From: Myxococcales bacterium
GTDB lineage: Bacteria; Myxococcota_A; UBA9042; JABWCM01; BTVJ01
Direction of reading: 5' to 3'
Length of the DNA stretch: 64,000 bases
Assembly: GCA_045863395.1 (NCBI GenBank)
Contig: BTVJ01000014.1
Span: forward strand, 32,001 to 96,000
Below, in pieces: positions 48,823 through 58,637 of this stretch. Position numbers and translations under genes: made by a program. The first letter of the stretch is position 1. Every line of letters starts with the position of its first letter. The notes beneath the pieces were generated by a model. It searched no databases. It was given only the letters and a program-made list of their open reading frames with translations, and was not told the DNA's origin.

Positions 48823-49932
48823 GTGAAGGGATGGATGGCGGCGGTGACGGTCGTGGCAGTTGTCGGGGCGTGCGCGGACGACGGCCCAGGGGGTTCGCCG
48901 GCAGAGGGCGCGGACGCGGAACAGCAGGTCGGCGCGGACACGATGGACACCGGAGCGACCACGGACGCCAGCGCCGACACAGGGGAGGGCGCCGATGGGG
49001 GGGACTCCGCGAGCCCTGCCGACGCTGGCGACGCGGGCCCGGGGGCCCAGGACACCGAGGCCGACTCGGGGGCACCGGACGCCTCGGCGCACGACGCGGC
49101 GGAGACGAGGGCAGACGCAGCGGACGCGCGTGCGCCCGCATGCACACCAGGCGCCACCCGTTGCGCTGCGGGCGCCTCCACGGTGGAGCGCTGCGATGCG
49201 GCCGGCGCCGGGTGGGTCGTATCCGAGGCGTGCGCCGAGGCCTGCGCGGCCGGCGAGTGTGTCGCGCTGGTGTGCACCCCGAACCAGAAGCTCTGCGATG
49301 GGGACACCCTTCGCGTGTGCAATCCCGGGGGGACGGCCACCACCACGGTGATGACGTGCGCGGCCGGCTGTGAGGAGAGCGCGACGGGGGCGGCGTGCCT
49401 TCTGTGCGAGGCGGGCGCGAAGGGCTGCAAGGACGCGGTGACGGCCTGGTCGTGCGTTCACCCGACGGAGCCGCCCGAGGAGACGCCGTGTGCTCCGGGC
49501 CTCGAGGCGTGCGTCGCCGGAGGCTGCACGGGCCTCCTCGCCTGGACGCCAGGCGACACCGCGGTCGACGCCATGCTGTGGCTGGCCATCCATACCGGCG
49601 CCTGCGCGCTGGACGGCGCCTCGGGCGGCGCGGACCTGCTGTGTTGGGCGCTGGACACGACGAAGCTGAAGGCGCCGATCACCGCTGCCGGCTTTTCGGA
49701 GTGGCTGTGCGACGGGGCGGCGGCAGGGACCCTGACCGCGGGGGACTTCCTACCGGTGGGTGCCCACGGCGAGGACCAGATCTTCGCTGCCGCTCTGGCG
49801 GCGGCGGGGTGTGCGGCACCGGCGACGCTCGGCCTCCCGCCGGCTGGCCTTCAGCCAGGCCACCCGGTGGGCGACCTCTGCGAGTCATGGCACAAGGCGA
49901 CCGGCAAGGTGATCGTGGGCGCCTGCCCGTGA
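48823..49932 (+). CDS. Cys-rich lipoprotein
   Basis: GGAGGAG RBS, GTG start, VVGAC lipobox, Asp/Ala linker and C.PG..RC repeats. Confidence 0.75.
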   Translation: MKGWMAAVTVVAVVGACADDGPGGSPAEGADAEQQVGADTMDTGATTDASADTGEGADGGDSASPADAGDAGPGAQDTEADSGAPDASAHDAAETRADAADARAPACTPGATRCAAGASTVERCDAAGAGWVVSEACAEACAAGECVALVCTPNQKLCDGDTLRVCNPGGTATTTVMTCAAGCEESATGAACLLCEAGAKGCKDAVTAWSCVHPTEPPEETPCAPGLEACVAGGCTGLLAWTPGDTAVDAMLWLAIHTGACALDGASGGADLLCWALDTTKLKAPITAAGFSEWLCDGAAAGTLTAGDFLPVGAHGEDQIFAAALAAAGCAAPATLGLPPAGLQPGHPVGDLCESWHKATGKVIVGACP

Positions 49933-49937
49933 CGCTC

Positions 49938-51791
49938 TCAGGGGCACGCGACCTGGGCGCCCGACGGGACGCTCAGGCCCTGGCACGACTCCACGTCGGC
50001 GGCGGGCGTGTAAGGGACGCTGGCGGTGACGCTGGTGACGGTCAGCGTGAAGGTGCCCGTGACCTGGGTCTTGAGCGAGAACACAGGCGTCAGGCCACTC
50101 GATCCCGTCGTGCCGCTCAGCGGGTAGGACGTGCCGCTCGGTGACCGGAGGTCGACCGTGACGCTCGCGCCGGCGATGGGTGCTCCCTGCGAGTTGACCA
50201 CGAGCACCTGCCCGTTGACCTGGTAGGGGTACTTGCCCTTGATGGACGTCTGCCACATCGCCACGTCCTGCACGTGGGCGCTGGAGCACTCGGTGCCCCA
50301 CACCTGCTCGCATGCCGCGGCGCAGGTGCCACCGCTCGCGCAGACGGTGGCCGGACACGTGAAGCCCACGGCCCCGCAGTCGGCGTCCGTCGTGCACGCC
50401 GGGGCCCGGCACTGCCCGCCGCAGCAGATGCCGTCGCAGGGGAGCCCGTCGTCGGGAGCGCTCGTGCACAGGCCCGTCTGGCTGTTGCACACGTCGGCGG
50501 TGCAGGGGTTGCCGTCGTCGCAGGCCGCGTCCGAGGTGCACGGGTCGACCGGGGAACCCACCCGCAGGAGGGGCTCCTGAACGCCGTCCGGGTCGTCGCC
50601 GCACTTGCCGAGGGGCCCGGCGCACGGGGCTGTCTCGGCGGCCGCAAGCAGCGCGGCGCGGACGTCGGCGGGGGTCCAGGACGGGTTCTGCGCCATCAGG
50701 CGTGCGGCTGCCCCCGCGACGTGGGGAGCCGCCATGCTCGTGCCGCTCTTGCTGCCGTACCCGCCGCCCGGCACCGTGGAGAGGATGCCCACGCCTGGGG
50801 CCATGATGTCCACGTCGTGGCCGAAGTTGCTGAAGCACGCGAAGGAGTCGTCCACGCTCTCGGTGCACGAGCTGAACGAGAACACGCCGGAGCCCAGCCC
50901 GCCCGGCGCGCCGTCGAAGTCGGCGAGGGCGGACACGGTGATCACCTCGTCGTAGGCGGCGGGGACGCTGATGGCCGCGTTGGTCGACTCGTTGCCCGCC
51001 GCCACGACGAACGTGACGCCGGCAGCCACCGCACGGCAGATGGCGATGTGCTCGGCGTCCGTGGACAGCGAGCAGTCGGTGCCGTCGGTGTCGTCGGTGC
51101 CGCCGCCGCCCAGGCTCATGTTCGCGACGTCGATGACGCCCGCGTTGGCCGTCACCCAGTCGATGCCCGCGATCACGCCGGAGCGCGTCCCGCTGCCGCT
51201 GGCGCTGAGCACCTTGACGGCGTACAGGCGCGCCCCTGGGGCCACCCCGACCACGCCGATGCCGTTGTCACGGGCAGCGATGGTACCAGCCACGTGGGTC
51301 CCGTGGCCGTTGTCGTCGTTGCCGCCCGCCTTGCAGGCGCCCGTCTTGGGGCTGGGCTTCACGCAGTCGATGCCCCCCACCACGTTGAGGTCGGGGTGGG
51401 TCAGGTCGATGCCGGTGTCGATGACCGCCACGTCCACGTCGAGGGACGAGCCGTCGAGGAGCGGCGCCGCCCCGATGCGCACGATCCCCGTGGGGATCGA
51501 CTGGGCGTAGGCCTCGACCACCGAGTCCTGCTCGATCCACGCGACGTTGGGGTTGTTCTCGAGGGCCTTGAGCGCCGCCGGGGGCAGGGAGGCGGCGAAG
51601 CCGCGCAGCGCATGGGAGTACGTCACGTGTGGCGTGACCCCATGGGCGCCGGCGAAGGCGTGGGGGTTCTTGACGCTGTCATTCAGCACGACGATGTACT
51701 GGCCGGGGATCACTTGTGCGGAGGCGGCGCTGCCCGCGGCAATCACGGACATGGTGGCCAGCGCGAGGCTGACGCGGCGAAGCGACTTCAT
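49938..51791 (-). CDS. Secreted S8 subtilisin-like protease (I9 propeptide, Cys-rich linker, C-terminal Ig-like domain)
   Basis: Catalytic triad in VIDTGID, HGTHVAG and GTSMAAPHVAG; AAGNE; YIVVL propeptide. Confidence 0.94.
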   Translation of the reverse strand: MKSLRRVSLALATMSVIAAGSAASAQVIPGQYIVVLNDSVKNPHAFAGAHGVTPHVTYSHALRGFAASLPPAALKALENNPNVAWIEQDSVVEAYAQSIPTGIVRIGAAPLLDGSSLDVDVAVIDTGIDLTHPDLNVVGGIDCVKPSPKTGACKAGGNDDNGHGTHVAGTIAARDNGIGVVGVAPGARLYAVKVLSASGSGTRSGVIAGIDWVTANAGVIDVANMSLGGGGTDDTDGTDCSLSTDAEHIAICRAVAAGVTFVVAAGNESTNAAISVPAAYDEVITVSALADFDGAPGGLGSGVFSFSSCTESVDDSFACFSNFGHDVDIMAPGVGILSTVPGGGYGSKSGTSMAAPHVAGAAARLMAQNPSWTPADVRAALLAAAETAPCAGPLGKCGDDPDGVQEPLLRVGSPVDPCTSDAACDDGNPCTADVCNSQTGLCTSAPDDGLPCDGICCGGQCRAPACTTDADCGAVGFTCPATVCASGGTCAAACEQVWGTECSSAHVQDVAMWQTSIKGKYPYQVNGQVLVVNSQGAPIAGASVTVDLRSPSGTSYPLSGTTGSSGLTPVFSLKTQVTGTFTLTVTSVTASVPYTPAADVESCQGLSVPSGAQVACP

Positions 51792-51987
51792 GAGGGGTCC
51801 TCCAGGACGGTTCTCGGCGGAGGCCGAGAGCTGGTTCGGGCGGGGTGCGGCGCTCACATATGCGCCTCGGCCTCCTGAGGTCAAGAGAATTCGGCGTGTG
51901 GTCGCAGGCGCCGGCTTGGCAGGCTCTGGCGGTCGCGGTGCTCGGGGAGCAGACGCCGCGGCCAGTCACGTCCGGTGGCGGCGCTGG

Positions 51988-54792
51988 TCAAGCCGGCGGC
52001 GGCCCGTCGATGGGCTCGACCCACAGGAAGGAGAACGCCGGGTCCAGGCGGTAGGCCGTCGATGACGCGCGCCGGGTGCCCGGCCCCCTCACGGTCTTGA
52101 TGTGTCGCCCGTCCTCGCCGAGCATGTCGCGGAGCCGCGAGATCGCCACCTTGAGCCGCGTGCGCGCTTTTTGATCGTAGGGTCCGGCCCCCCACACGGC
52201 CTCGGTGAGGTTCGCCGCGGGCAGGTTCTTGCCCGGGTGGGTGATCAGGGCGCGGAGCAGGGGCAGCGCCACGCGCTTCAGCTCGGCGAGCTGCACGGCG
52301 CCGCGGTGGCGGATCTCGCAGCGGCCGTCCACCTGCAGCACGGTCAGCACCGCGCCGTCTGGCTTGTGGAGCACCCGTCCGAGCTCCGACGAGTCCACGA
52401 TGCGCTCGCCCTGCGGCCCGAAGAGGCGGAAGCGGGGGCGGTTGTCCGTGTCCAGGGCCGGCGTCGGTGAGGAGAGGGGCAGCGTCACCGGCTCGGCGCC
52501 GCGCTTGAAGTAGGCCGCGCTCTCGGCCCCGCCGTCGAAGATCGCCAGCTCCAGGACGGGACGGAACCGCCGCCGCTGGCCGAAGTGGTACCCGAAGCGG
52601 TTGGCCACCGAGCACGCCTGCTCGCAGAGCAGCGTGATGCTCGCACGCACGTTGTCGCGCCCTGCCTCGTGCTGCTTGTAGTAGACCTCGGCAGTCAGCA
52701 GATCCGCGCGGGCAACGTGGTAGTGGGCGGACAGCCGGACGAGCCGATCCCGGGCCTTCTGGAGGATCCCCGGTGCCTCGTCCACGTGCCCCTCCGCCAC
52801 GGCGATGGCGGCCCGCGCCTCGTCGTGGAGGGCCGACAGGGTCGGCTCCACCCGCGCCAGGTCGCCGACCAGGCCCTGGACCCGGTCGGCCATCTCCCGC
52901 GCCTCCTCCACCTGCCCGTGCTCCGCCAGGAACGCCGCGTACGCCGTGAGGATCTCGGCGCGCAGCTTCATGTCGGCGAACCGCTCCATCACGGTGACGG
53001 CCTGCCGGAAGTGCACTCCCGCCTCGGCGGGCTGCTCCTCCGCGATGTTCAGCTCCGCGAAGACCGCCAGCGTGGTCGCGATGCCCGAGAGGCTCCCGGC
53101 GCGGCGGCGCACGCTCAGGCCCTCGCGCAGGCGGTCGCGGGCCTCGTCCCACCGGCCCTGCATGAGGTGGCACCGGGCGATGCGGGAGCTGAGGAGGCCA
53201 TAGAGGTCGGGGTCCGCCTGGCGATCGATGAGCTGCAGCGCCTGCTCGTAGTGGCGGATGGCGGTGGTGACGTCCCCCTCCCGCGCCGTGAGGAGGCCGA
53301 GCTCCTTGCGGGCGTGGGCCTCGGCGCGCGTGCGCAGCGACACGGAAGCCCCTTGGACGATGCGGTCGAGGGCCTCCCGCGCCTGCTCGTGGTGGCCCGC
53401 CTCGAGGAGCAGCCGCGCCCGGAGCTGGAACAGGTCGAAGCGCATGGCCTCCGCCGCCTCCAGGTCGTCGGCGGCCAGCTCGGGCGGCGCCTCGTCGAGG
53501 GAGCGCAGGGCCCGCTGGCAGAAGGTATCGGCCTCCCGTGAGAGCCCGCGCAGCCACGCGGTGTGCGCCTGGACGGCCGCTACCCGGGCGCGGGCGACCG
53601 CGAGCTGGCCCGTCCCTTGGGCCGCCATCTCACGCATGCTGCGCTCGCACCGGAGCAGCGCCTGCCGCGACCCGGACCAGTCCCCCGCCTCCGCCCGGAC
53701 GCGGGCCAGCATGGCGGTGGTCCGGAAGGGCAGCGGCCCGATCTCTCGCTCCAGGAGGTCCAGCCACCCGCGGAGGCGCTCGGCGGCGACCACCTCCAGC
53801 AGACGATCCGCGTGGAGCTGCATGTGGCCGAGGGCGGCTCGCAGGTCCCCGGCGGCCAGGAAGTGGGCGACCACGTCGGCGGCGGCGCCCTCGGGATCGC
53901 GCTGGGCCAGGTGCTCGGCGGCGCGGCGGTGCGCCTGGAGCACGGCGGCCTGGTCCTTGCGCCAGATCATGGCGCGCAGGGACTCGCGGAGCAGTGGCGC
54001 GCGGAATGTCACCACGCCCTGCCGGTTGACCACGAGCTGGTGCGCCGTCATGACGTCCGCAACGTGCCGCGCCCGGTCCGCGTCTCCCAGCACGGCGCGC
54101 AGCGCGGCGGGATCGGGCCGCCGGAGGACCGCGGCGCACCCCATGGCGTCCATGTCCTGGGAGGCCACGCCGCGCAGGATGTCGGTGCGGACGTAGCGCA
54201 CGAGGTGCTCCGGGGGATCCTCCAGGCGCAGCAGCTCACGCAGGCGCTCCACGGAGCCATCCAGGGGCACGATGCCGCCCAGCAGCGCCGGCCAGCCCGC
54301 CGTCACCTCGTGGGTCTCGTCGACGAGGTCCTCCGGCACCGGCTCGACGAGCCCCTGGTCGAGGACGCGGCGCGTCTCGTCGCGCTCGAAGGCGAGGCGG
54401 TCCGGGCCGAGGCGGTGCAGGTCCACGCTGGCCAGCAGGTCGAGCAGCGCGGGCTGGACGGGAGAGCCGCTGATCAGCACGACCACGCGGTTCGGATCGG
54501 CCAGGACGACGTCGGCCAGGCGGCGGGTGCCCGCGGGGTCGAGGGCCGACACGCCCCGGACGACGAGCGGGCCCGCCGGCGCAGGCCCGCGCACCAGGTC
54601 ACTGGCTTCCACGTCGGCGGCCCCGGGGATCGCCGCAGCGAGACCCGACGCCAGGAAGGACTTGCCGAACCCCGCGGGTGCCGCGATCAGGCACGCGGGT
54701 GGTCCCTGGATGACCCGCTGCAGGAGCCCGGGTCTGTCTATGCGTGGCTGGATGTCCTTTTCACTCTCCAGGCCATCCCATGCAGCGTTCAT
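51988..54792 (-). CDS. MalT-like STAND ATPase-TPR transcriptional regulator with a C-terminal winged helix
   Basis: IDRPGLL, APAGFGKS, LAFERDET, TAGWPA, TPR region, and L.EAVWG...RLKVAISRLR...YRL (OmpR-type wHTH). Confidence 0.85.
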   Translation of the reverse strand: MNAAWDGLESEKDIQPRIDRPGLLQRVIQGPPACLIAAPAGFGKSFLASGLAAAIPGAADVEASDLVRGPAPAGPLVVRGVSALDPAGTRRLADVVLADPNRVVVLISGSPVQPALLDLLASVDLHRLGPDRLAFERDETRRVLDQGLVEPVPEDLVDETHEVTAGWPALLGGIVPLDGSVERLRELLRLEDPPEHLVRYVRTDILRGVASQDMDAMGCAAVLRRPDPAALRAVLGDADRARHVADVMTAHQLVVNRQGVVTFRAPLLRESLRAMIWRKDQAAVLQAHRRAAEHLAQRDPEGAAADVVAHFLAAGDLRAALGHMQLHADRLLEVVAAERLRGWLDLLEREIGPLPFRTTAMLARVRAEAGDWSGSRQALLRCERSMREMAAQGTGQLAVARARVAAVQAHTAWLRGLSREADTFCQRALRSLDEAPPELAADDLEAAEAMRFDLFQLRARLLLEAGHHEQAREALDRIVQGASVSLRTRAEAHARKELGLLTAREGDVTTAIRHYEQALQLIDRQADPDLYGLLSSRIARCHLMQGRWDEARDRLREGLSVRRRAGSLSGIATTLAVFAELNIAEEQPAEAGVHFRQAVTVMERFADMKLRAEILTAYAAFLAEHGQVEEAREMADRVQGLVGDLARVEPTLSALHDEARAAIAVAEGHVDEAPGILQKARDRLVRLSAHYHVARADLLTAEVYYKQHEAGRDNVRASITLLCEQACSVANRFGYHFGQRRRFRPVLELAIFDGGAESAAYFKRGAEPVTLPLSSPTPALDTDNRPRFRLFGPQGERIVDSSELGRVLHKPDGAVLTVLQVDGRCEIRHRGAVQLAELKRVALPLLRALITHPGKNLPAANLTEAVWGAGPYDQKARTRLKVAISRLRDMLGEDGRHIKTVRGPGTRRASSTAYRLDPAFSFLWVEPIDGPPPA

Positions 54793-54851
54793 GCGGTCCT
54801 CCATGCTCCTCAGACCTCGGTCCCCACCCACGGGGGGCATGACGGTTGCAT

Positions 54852-54880
54852 TGTAACCAGCCTGTAACCGCTTGGCAACA
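54852..54880. promoter_or_regulatory. Tandem direct-repeat operator candidate (TGTAACC, 11-bp period)
   Basis: TGTAACC at 54852 and 54863, GGCAACA at 54874, in an AT-richer patch upstream of the regulator. Confidence 0.55.
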
Positions 54881-54935
54881 TCTTGACGCTTGATTGTGTG
54901 CGGTGCGGGTGCTCAGCGCGGGGGAGCCGGGCGCG

Positions 54936-55691
54936 TCAGGGGGCGCCGGGGAGCGTGCCCAGGGACGCGAGGCGGCTCGCGATGTCAGGGTCCGCAAGGA
55001 AGGACCAGACGCGACCGTCGGAGAGGACGGTGCCCCAGGCCCCCTCCAGGATGGCGCGGACGACCAGGGGATCCTCGAGGAAGGACGCCTTCGGGTGGCG
55101 CGCCAGCGCGGCATAGGCGGCGATGCGCTCTGCGTCCTCGGGGCTCGCGGAGCCGTCCCCCATGGCGAGGGTCCGGGCGGATGTCACCACCGCCTGTAGC
55201 GCCTCGACGTCGGGGATCTGGATGAACTGGAAGAAGCTGTGACGTGCTGCGATCCGCGCGGCGACCGAGCTGCTCAGGTCCAGGGCGGGGACCTCGGAGC
55301 CGAAGCGCGCGCCGGCGATGGCGAGGCCGCTGACGCCGATCCAGGCGAAGAGCCCCGCGGTGGCCACTCCGACGGTCGCACCCAGGAGGCGGTCGAAGCC
55401 CCCCACGATGCTGTCGCCCGGCGCCAGGAGCCGCGCGATGAGGCGGGCAGCCAGGCGCAGCCCTACCAAGGCCGCGACGAAGATGACGGTGAAGGCGGTC
55501 GCGAGCCCCCCGAGCCCTGACAGGCCGAGGGCTCCCGCGACCAGGGGACCCAGAGGATCGCTGGCCTTCACGGCGACGACCGCCGCCAAGACGAGGGCGA
55601 CGAGGCGAAGCGCCATGAGCAGCGCCCCGCTCCGCCACCCGATGACACCGAAGGCCGCGACGAGGGCGACGACGAGCAGGTCCAGCCACAT
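54936..55691 (-). CDS. cvpA: CvpA-family membrane protein
   Basis: MWLDLLVV...GWRSG...multiple TM helices...FDRLLGATVG. Confidence 0.8.
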   Translation of the reverse strand: MWLDLLVVALVAAFGVIGWRSGALLMALRLVALVLAAVVAVKASDPLGPLVAGALGLSGLGGLATAFTVIFVAALVGLRLAARLIARLLAPGDSIVGGFDRLLGATVGVATAGLFAWIGVSGLAIAGARFGSEVPALDLSSSVAARIAARHSFFQFIQIPDVEALQAVVTSARTLAMGDGSASPEDAERIAAYAALARHPKASFLEDPLVVRAILEGAWGTVLSDGRVWSFLADPDIASRLASLGTLPGAP

Positions 55692-56103
55692 CGCGCGGAT
55701 GGTACGCTCCCGCCCTTTGCAGCGCAATTTCACAGCGTTCTCTCGGCCTCGGGGTGGCCTGCCCGCCGAAGCGTCTGCCAGCGGCCCCGGTTGCAGCGTC
55801 GGCCGTCGAGAGGAGCGAAGATCGCTGTTGCGTCCCCTCGGTGAGGGCTCCTATACTCGCGCGACGACACGGCTGAGGTGGATGACCTCCACGGTTTTCG
55901 GGGGGTTGGCTGCTCGTGAGCGGCGGGCCGTGCCGTCGTGCTCGCCCTTCGCCCTCCGGGACCCGCGACCCCGATGCGGGTGAAGGCATGGCGCGAGGGG
56001 AGCGCCATGGGGTGCGGGGGCCTCGCGGAGGAGTGCTGCTGGCGGGGTGAGCGATCACCCCGGGCGCAGCGCGTGGAGCGTCGACAGGCCCAGGTAGAGA
56101 GGA

Positions 56104-58524
56104 ATGGACACAGAGATCCAGAGGGCAGTCCGGGTGGCGCGTGTCGACCTGGAGCGTGCGCTCCGCATGGCGCTCCAGGGCATGGGCCCGGCGGCCGTGC
56201 TCGCGGCCGCGTCGGATGCCGCAGACGGAGGCAGCGAGGCGGACGCCCTCGCCGTCCTGAGTGAGGCGGCGCGCCTCGCCATGCACTCGCCCGAGCGCAG
56301 CGTAGACGACCTGCTCGCCGAGTGCCTGACCACCGAGTGGATGACCGCAGCGGGTGCCCGGCTCTATCGGGTGTCGCTGAAGCCCGGCCAGGCCGTGACC
56401 GACGCCCACCGTCGGCTGCTGGGCGGGGCCCTGGTGGTCGAGCTGGACAGCGTCGGTCCTGATCGGGTGTGGGCGGGGTGGGTCGACGTGGTCCGCGGGA
56501 TACACGTGGCCTTCTCGCGAGTGGAGGGCGCCCCTCGCGTGCGGCGGGTCGGTCCTGAGGAGGGGCGGCTGGTCGCCACGGTCGCCCGCGCCATCGAGGC
56601 CCGCGCGTCGCGGGGGCTCAGCGTGACCGGCCTGTGGGACCGCCTGGAGGCCCTCGGGGATGCACCCAACACGGACTTCCTGGCTGCCGCGGAGGACGTG
56701 GCCCGCCTGTCGCCAGACGAGGCGGCGGTGCTGTACGACCTCTGCGTGGCCCACCTGGACGCCGAGCGCAGCAGCCCGGACGCCCAGGCGGCCCGAGCGG
56801 CCCTCGATGAGCTGATCGCAGGCTCCGGGGTGTCGCTGGCCTGCGAGTCCGTCGACGCGCTGCTGCAGCTCCTGCGGGGAGGTCCGGTCCGCTGCGACCT
56901 GGTCGGGGCGCTGGCAGGCGCCGAGGAGCAGGGGCACGGCCTGTCGGGGGTCCTCGGGCACCTGGAGACGCTCCATCAGAAGGTGACGGGGGCGCCGCTG
57001 CGCACCTCGCTCAGGGAGCGACGGGAGCGCTGCGCGGCGCTCTGCGAGCGCGTCGGGACGCTCCAGAGTGAGGTCGAGGAGGTCCCCGAGCTCCCGTTCG
57101 ACCATGATCGCGACACGTCCTCCGGGCTCCCCCCGGTGCTCCTCTCCGTGGAGGAGGCGCCGCTGGGCGGCCCCGAGAGCGAGGACGCGCCGTCCGCCTT
57201 CTGGGAGCCGGAGATCCCGTCCGCGGTCGCCCAGGCGCCCCTCGAGCCCTCGGTGGCTGCCCTCCTGCCGCGGCGGGAGCCGCAGGACCTCGCCGCGCTG
57301 GATCCCGTCGACATCTCCGTGGTGCGCGAGCGGGAGCTGGAGGCGCAGCTCATCGCCAGCGACGAGGCCCGCGAGCACGTCAGGAGCGACGCGGCGGCGC
57401 TGGACCTGGAGCTCGAGCGGGTGCGGAGGGAGCTGCGCCAGGCGCGCCGTGAGGCCGAGGCCCTGCGGCGGGAGAGGGCGGTGCTCATGGGCCGCGTGGA
57501 CGGCGCGATGCGCATGTTGACCGGCACTCAGGGCTCCGTCGTGCAGCTCCTGGCCGCGATCGACGGGTCACCCGGCACCCCGGGCGCTCTCCTGGAGCCG
57601 GCCGGCACGTCGCCGGGCCTCACCCGCTTTGCCATCGGCACCGCGGTCGCCTTGCTCGTCGCCGCGGTCCTGATCGTCGCCTACCTGCCGTCTCGCCAGA
57701 CCACCGCCACGGGCCCCGTGATGCGACCTGCCGCCTCGGCGCCCCGCTCCAAGGCCGGGCTGGCCTTCGCCGCGGCCCGCCCGCAGGCGCCCGCGCCCGT
57801 CACCGAGGCCGCCCCTGCCGCGCCGGAGTCCCCGGCTGCAAGCGACGAGGAGCTCCCTCCCGAGGAGCCGCAGGCCGCTGCAGAGCCGGCCGAGCTGCCG
57901 CCTGGCTTCGAGGCGTCGCTGATGCTCACGCGGCGCTCCAAGGCCTTCGTCCATGGCGACCGCCGCACACGGGTCGTGATGGAGCTGCCCGAGGGGCCTC
58001 GGCTGGTCGGAGCGTGCGTGGCGGCGCGCTCCACGCCGGAGGCCGTGGGCTCGCCGGTGTACCCTGGCTACGAGCCCATCGTCATCCCATGCACGGGGTC
58101 CTACCGGGACGTGTGCGATGCCCTGGGCTGTGACGACGCCGCGGATCGGTGCGACGTGGCGGTGTCCGTCGTGGCGCCCTGCGGCGCCGATCCTCCACCC
58201 GTCGGCGGCGGGCCGGCCTCCGCGGCGGCACCTCGCTTCGAGCCCACCCTTGCGCTGGGCGCCCGGTCCAAGATCTACTCCCGCCAGTCGCGGGACGCGG
58301 TGGAGCTCGCCAGTCTGCAGGGAGGCTCCGCGGTCCTGGGCCGCTGCCTCTTCGCGACGGCGTCGCCCGACGCCGCCGGCGCCAAGGCGTGGCCCGGCTA
58401 TGAGCCCATGTCCGTCCGGTGCGACGCCGACACCGCGGGGCTCTGCGAGGCCCTGGGCTGCATCAACCCGGACGGGGTCTGCCACGTGCTCGCGTCGGGC
58501 GCGAGGGCGTGCAGCCCCCGGTGA
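56104..58524 (+). CDS. Hypothetical bitopic membrane protein (coiled coil, TM helix, duplicated Cys-containing C-terminal domain)
   Basis: Coiled coil LERVRRELRQARREAEALRRE; TM helix; two repeats RSK...G...G.C...PGYEP...C...C.ALGC...C.V. Confidence 0.7.
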   Translation: MDTEIQRAVRVARVDLERALRMALQGMGPAAVLAAASDAADGGSEADALAVLSEAARLAMHSPERSVDDLLAECLTTEWMTAAGARLYRVSLKPGQAVTDAHRRLLGGALVVELDSVGPDRVWAGWVDVVRGIHVAFSRVEGAPRVRRVGPEEGRLVATVARAIEARASRGLSVTGLWDRLEALGDAPNTDFLAAAEDVARLSPDEAAVLYDLCVAHLDAERSSPDAQAARAALDELIAGSGVSLACESVDALLQLLRGGPVRCDLVGALAGAEEQGHGLSGVLGHLETLHQKVTGAPLRTSLRERRERCAALCERVGTLQSEVEEVPELPFDHDRDTSSGLPPVLLSVEEAPLGGPESEDAPSAFWEPEIPSAVAQAPLEPSVAALLPRREPQDLAALDPVDISVVRERELEAQLIASDEAREHVRSDAAALDLELERVRRELRQARREAEALRRERAVLMGRVDGAMRMLTGTQGSVVQLLAAIDGSPGTPGALLEPAGTSPGLTRFAIGTAVALLVAAVLIVAYLPSRQTTATGPVMRPAASAPRSKAGLAFAAARPQAPAPVTEAAPAAPESPAASDEELPPEEPQAAAEPAELPPGFEASLMLTRRSKAFVHGDRRTRVVMELPEGPRLVGACVAARSTPEAVGSPVYPGYEPIVIPCTGSYRDVCDALGCDDAADRCDVAVSVVAPCGADPPPVGGGPASAAAPRFEPTLALGARSKIYSRQSRDAVELASLQGGSAVLGRCLFATASPDAAGAKAWPGYEPMSVRCDADTAGLCEALGCINPDGVCHVLASGARACSPR

Positions 58525-58637
58525 GGGGCCACGGGCGTCGTCCGCTCCGGACGGTGCGCCGCGGCCGATTTCTCGTTTACATGGGTCCCGTTCTCTTCTA
58601 GAGTCCGGCCCGCACCGACCCCCCACACGGAGGCACC

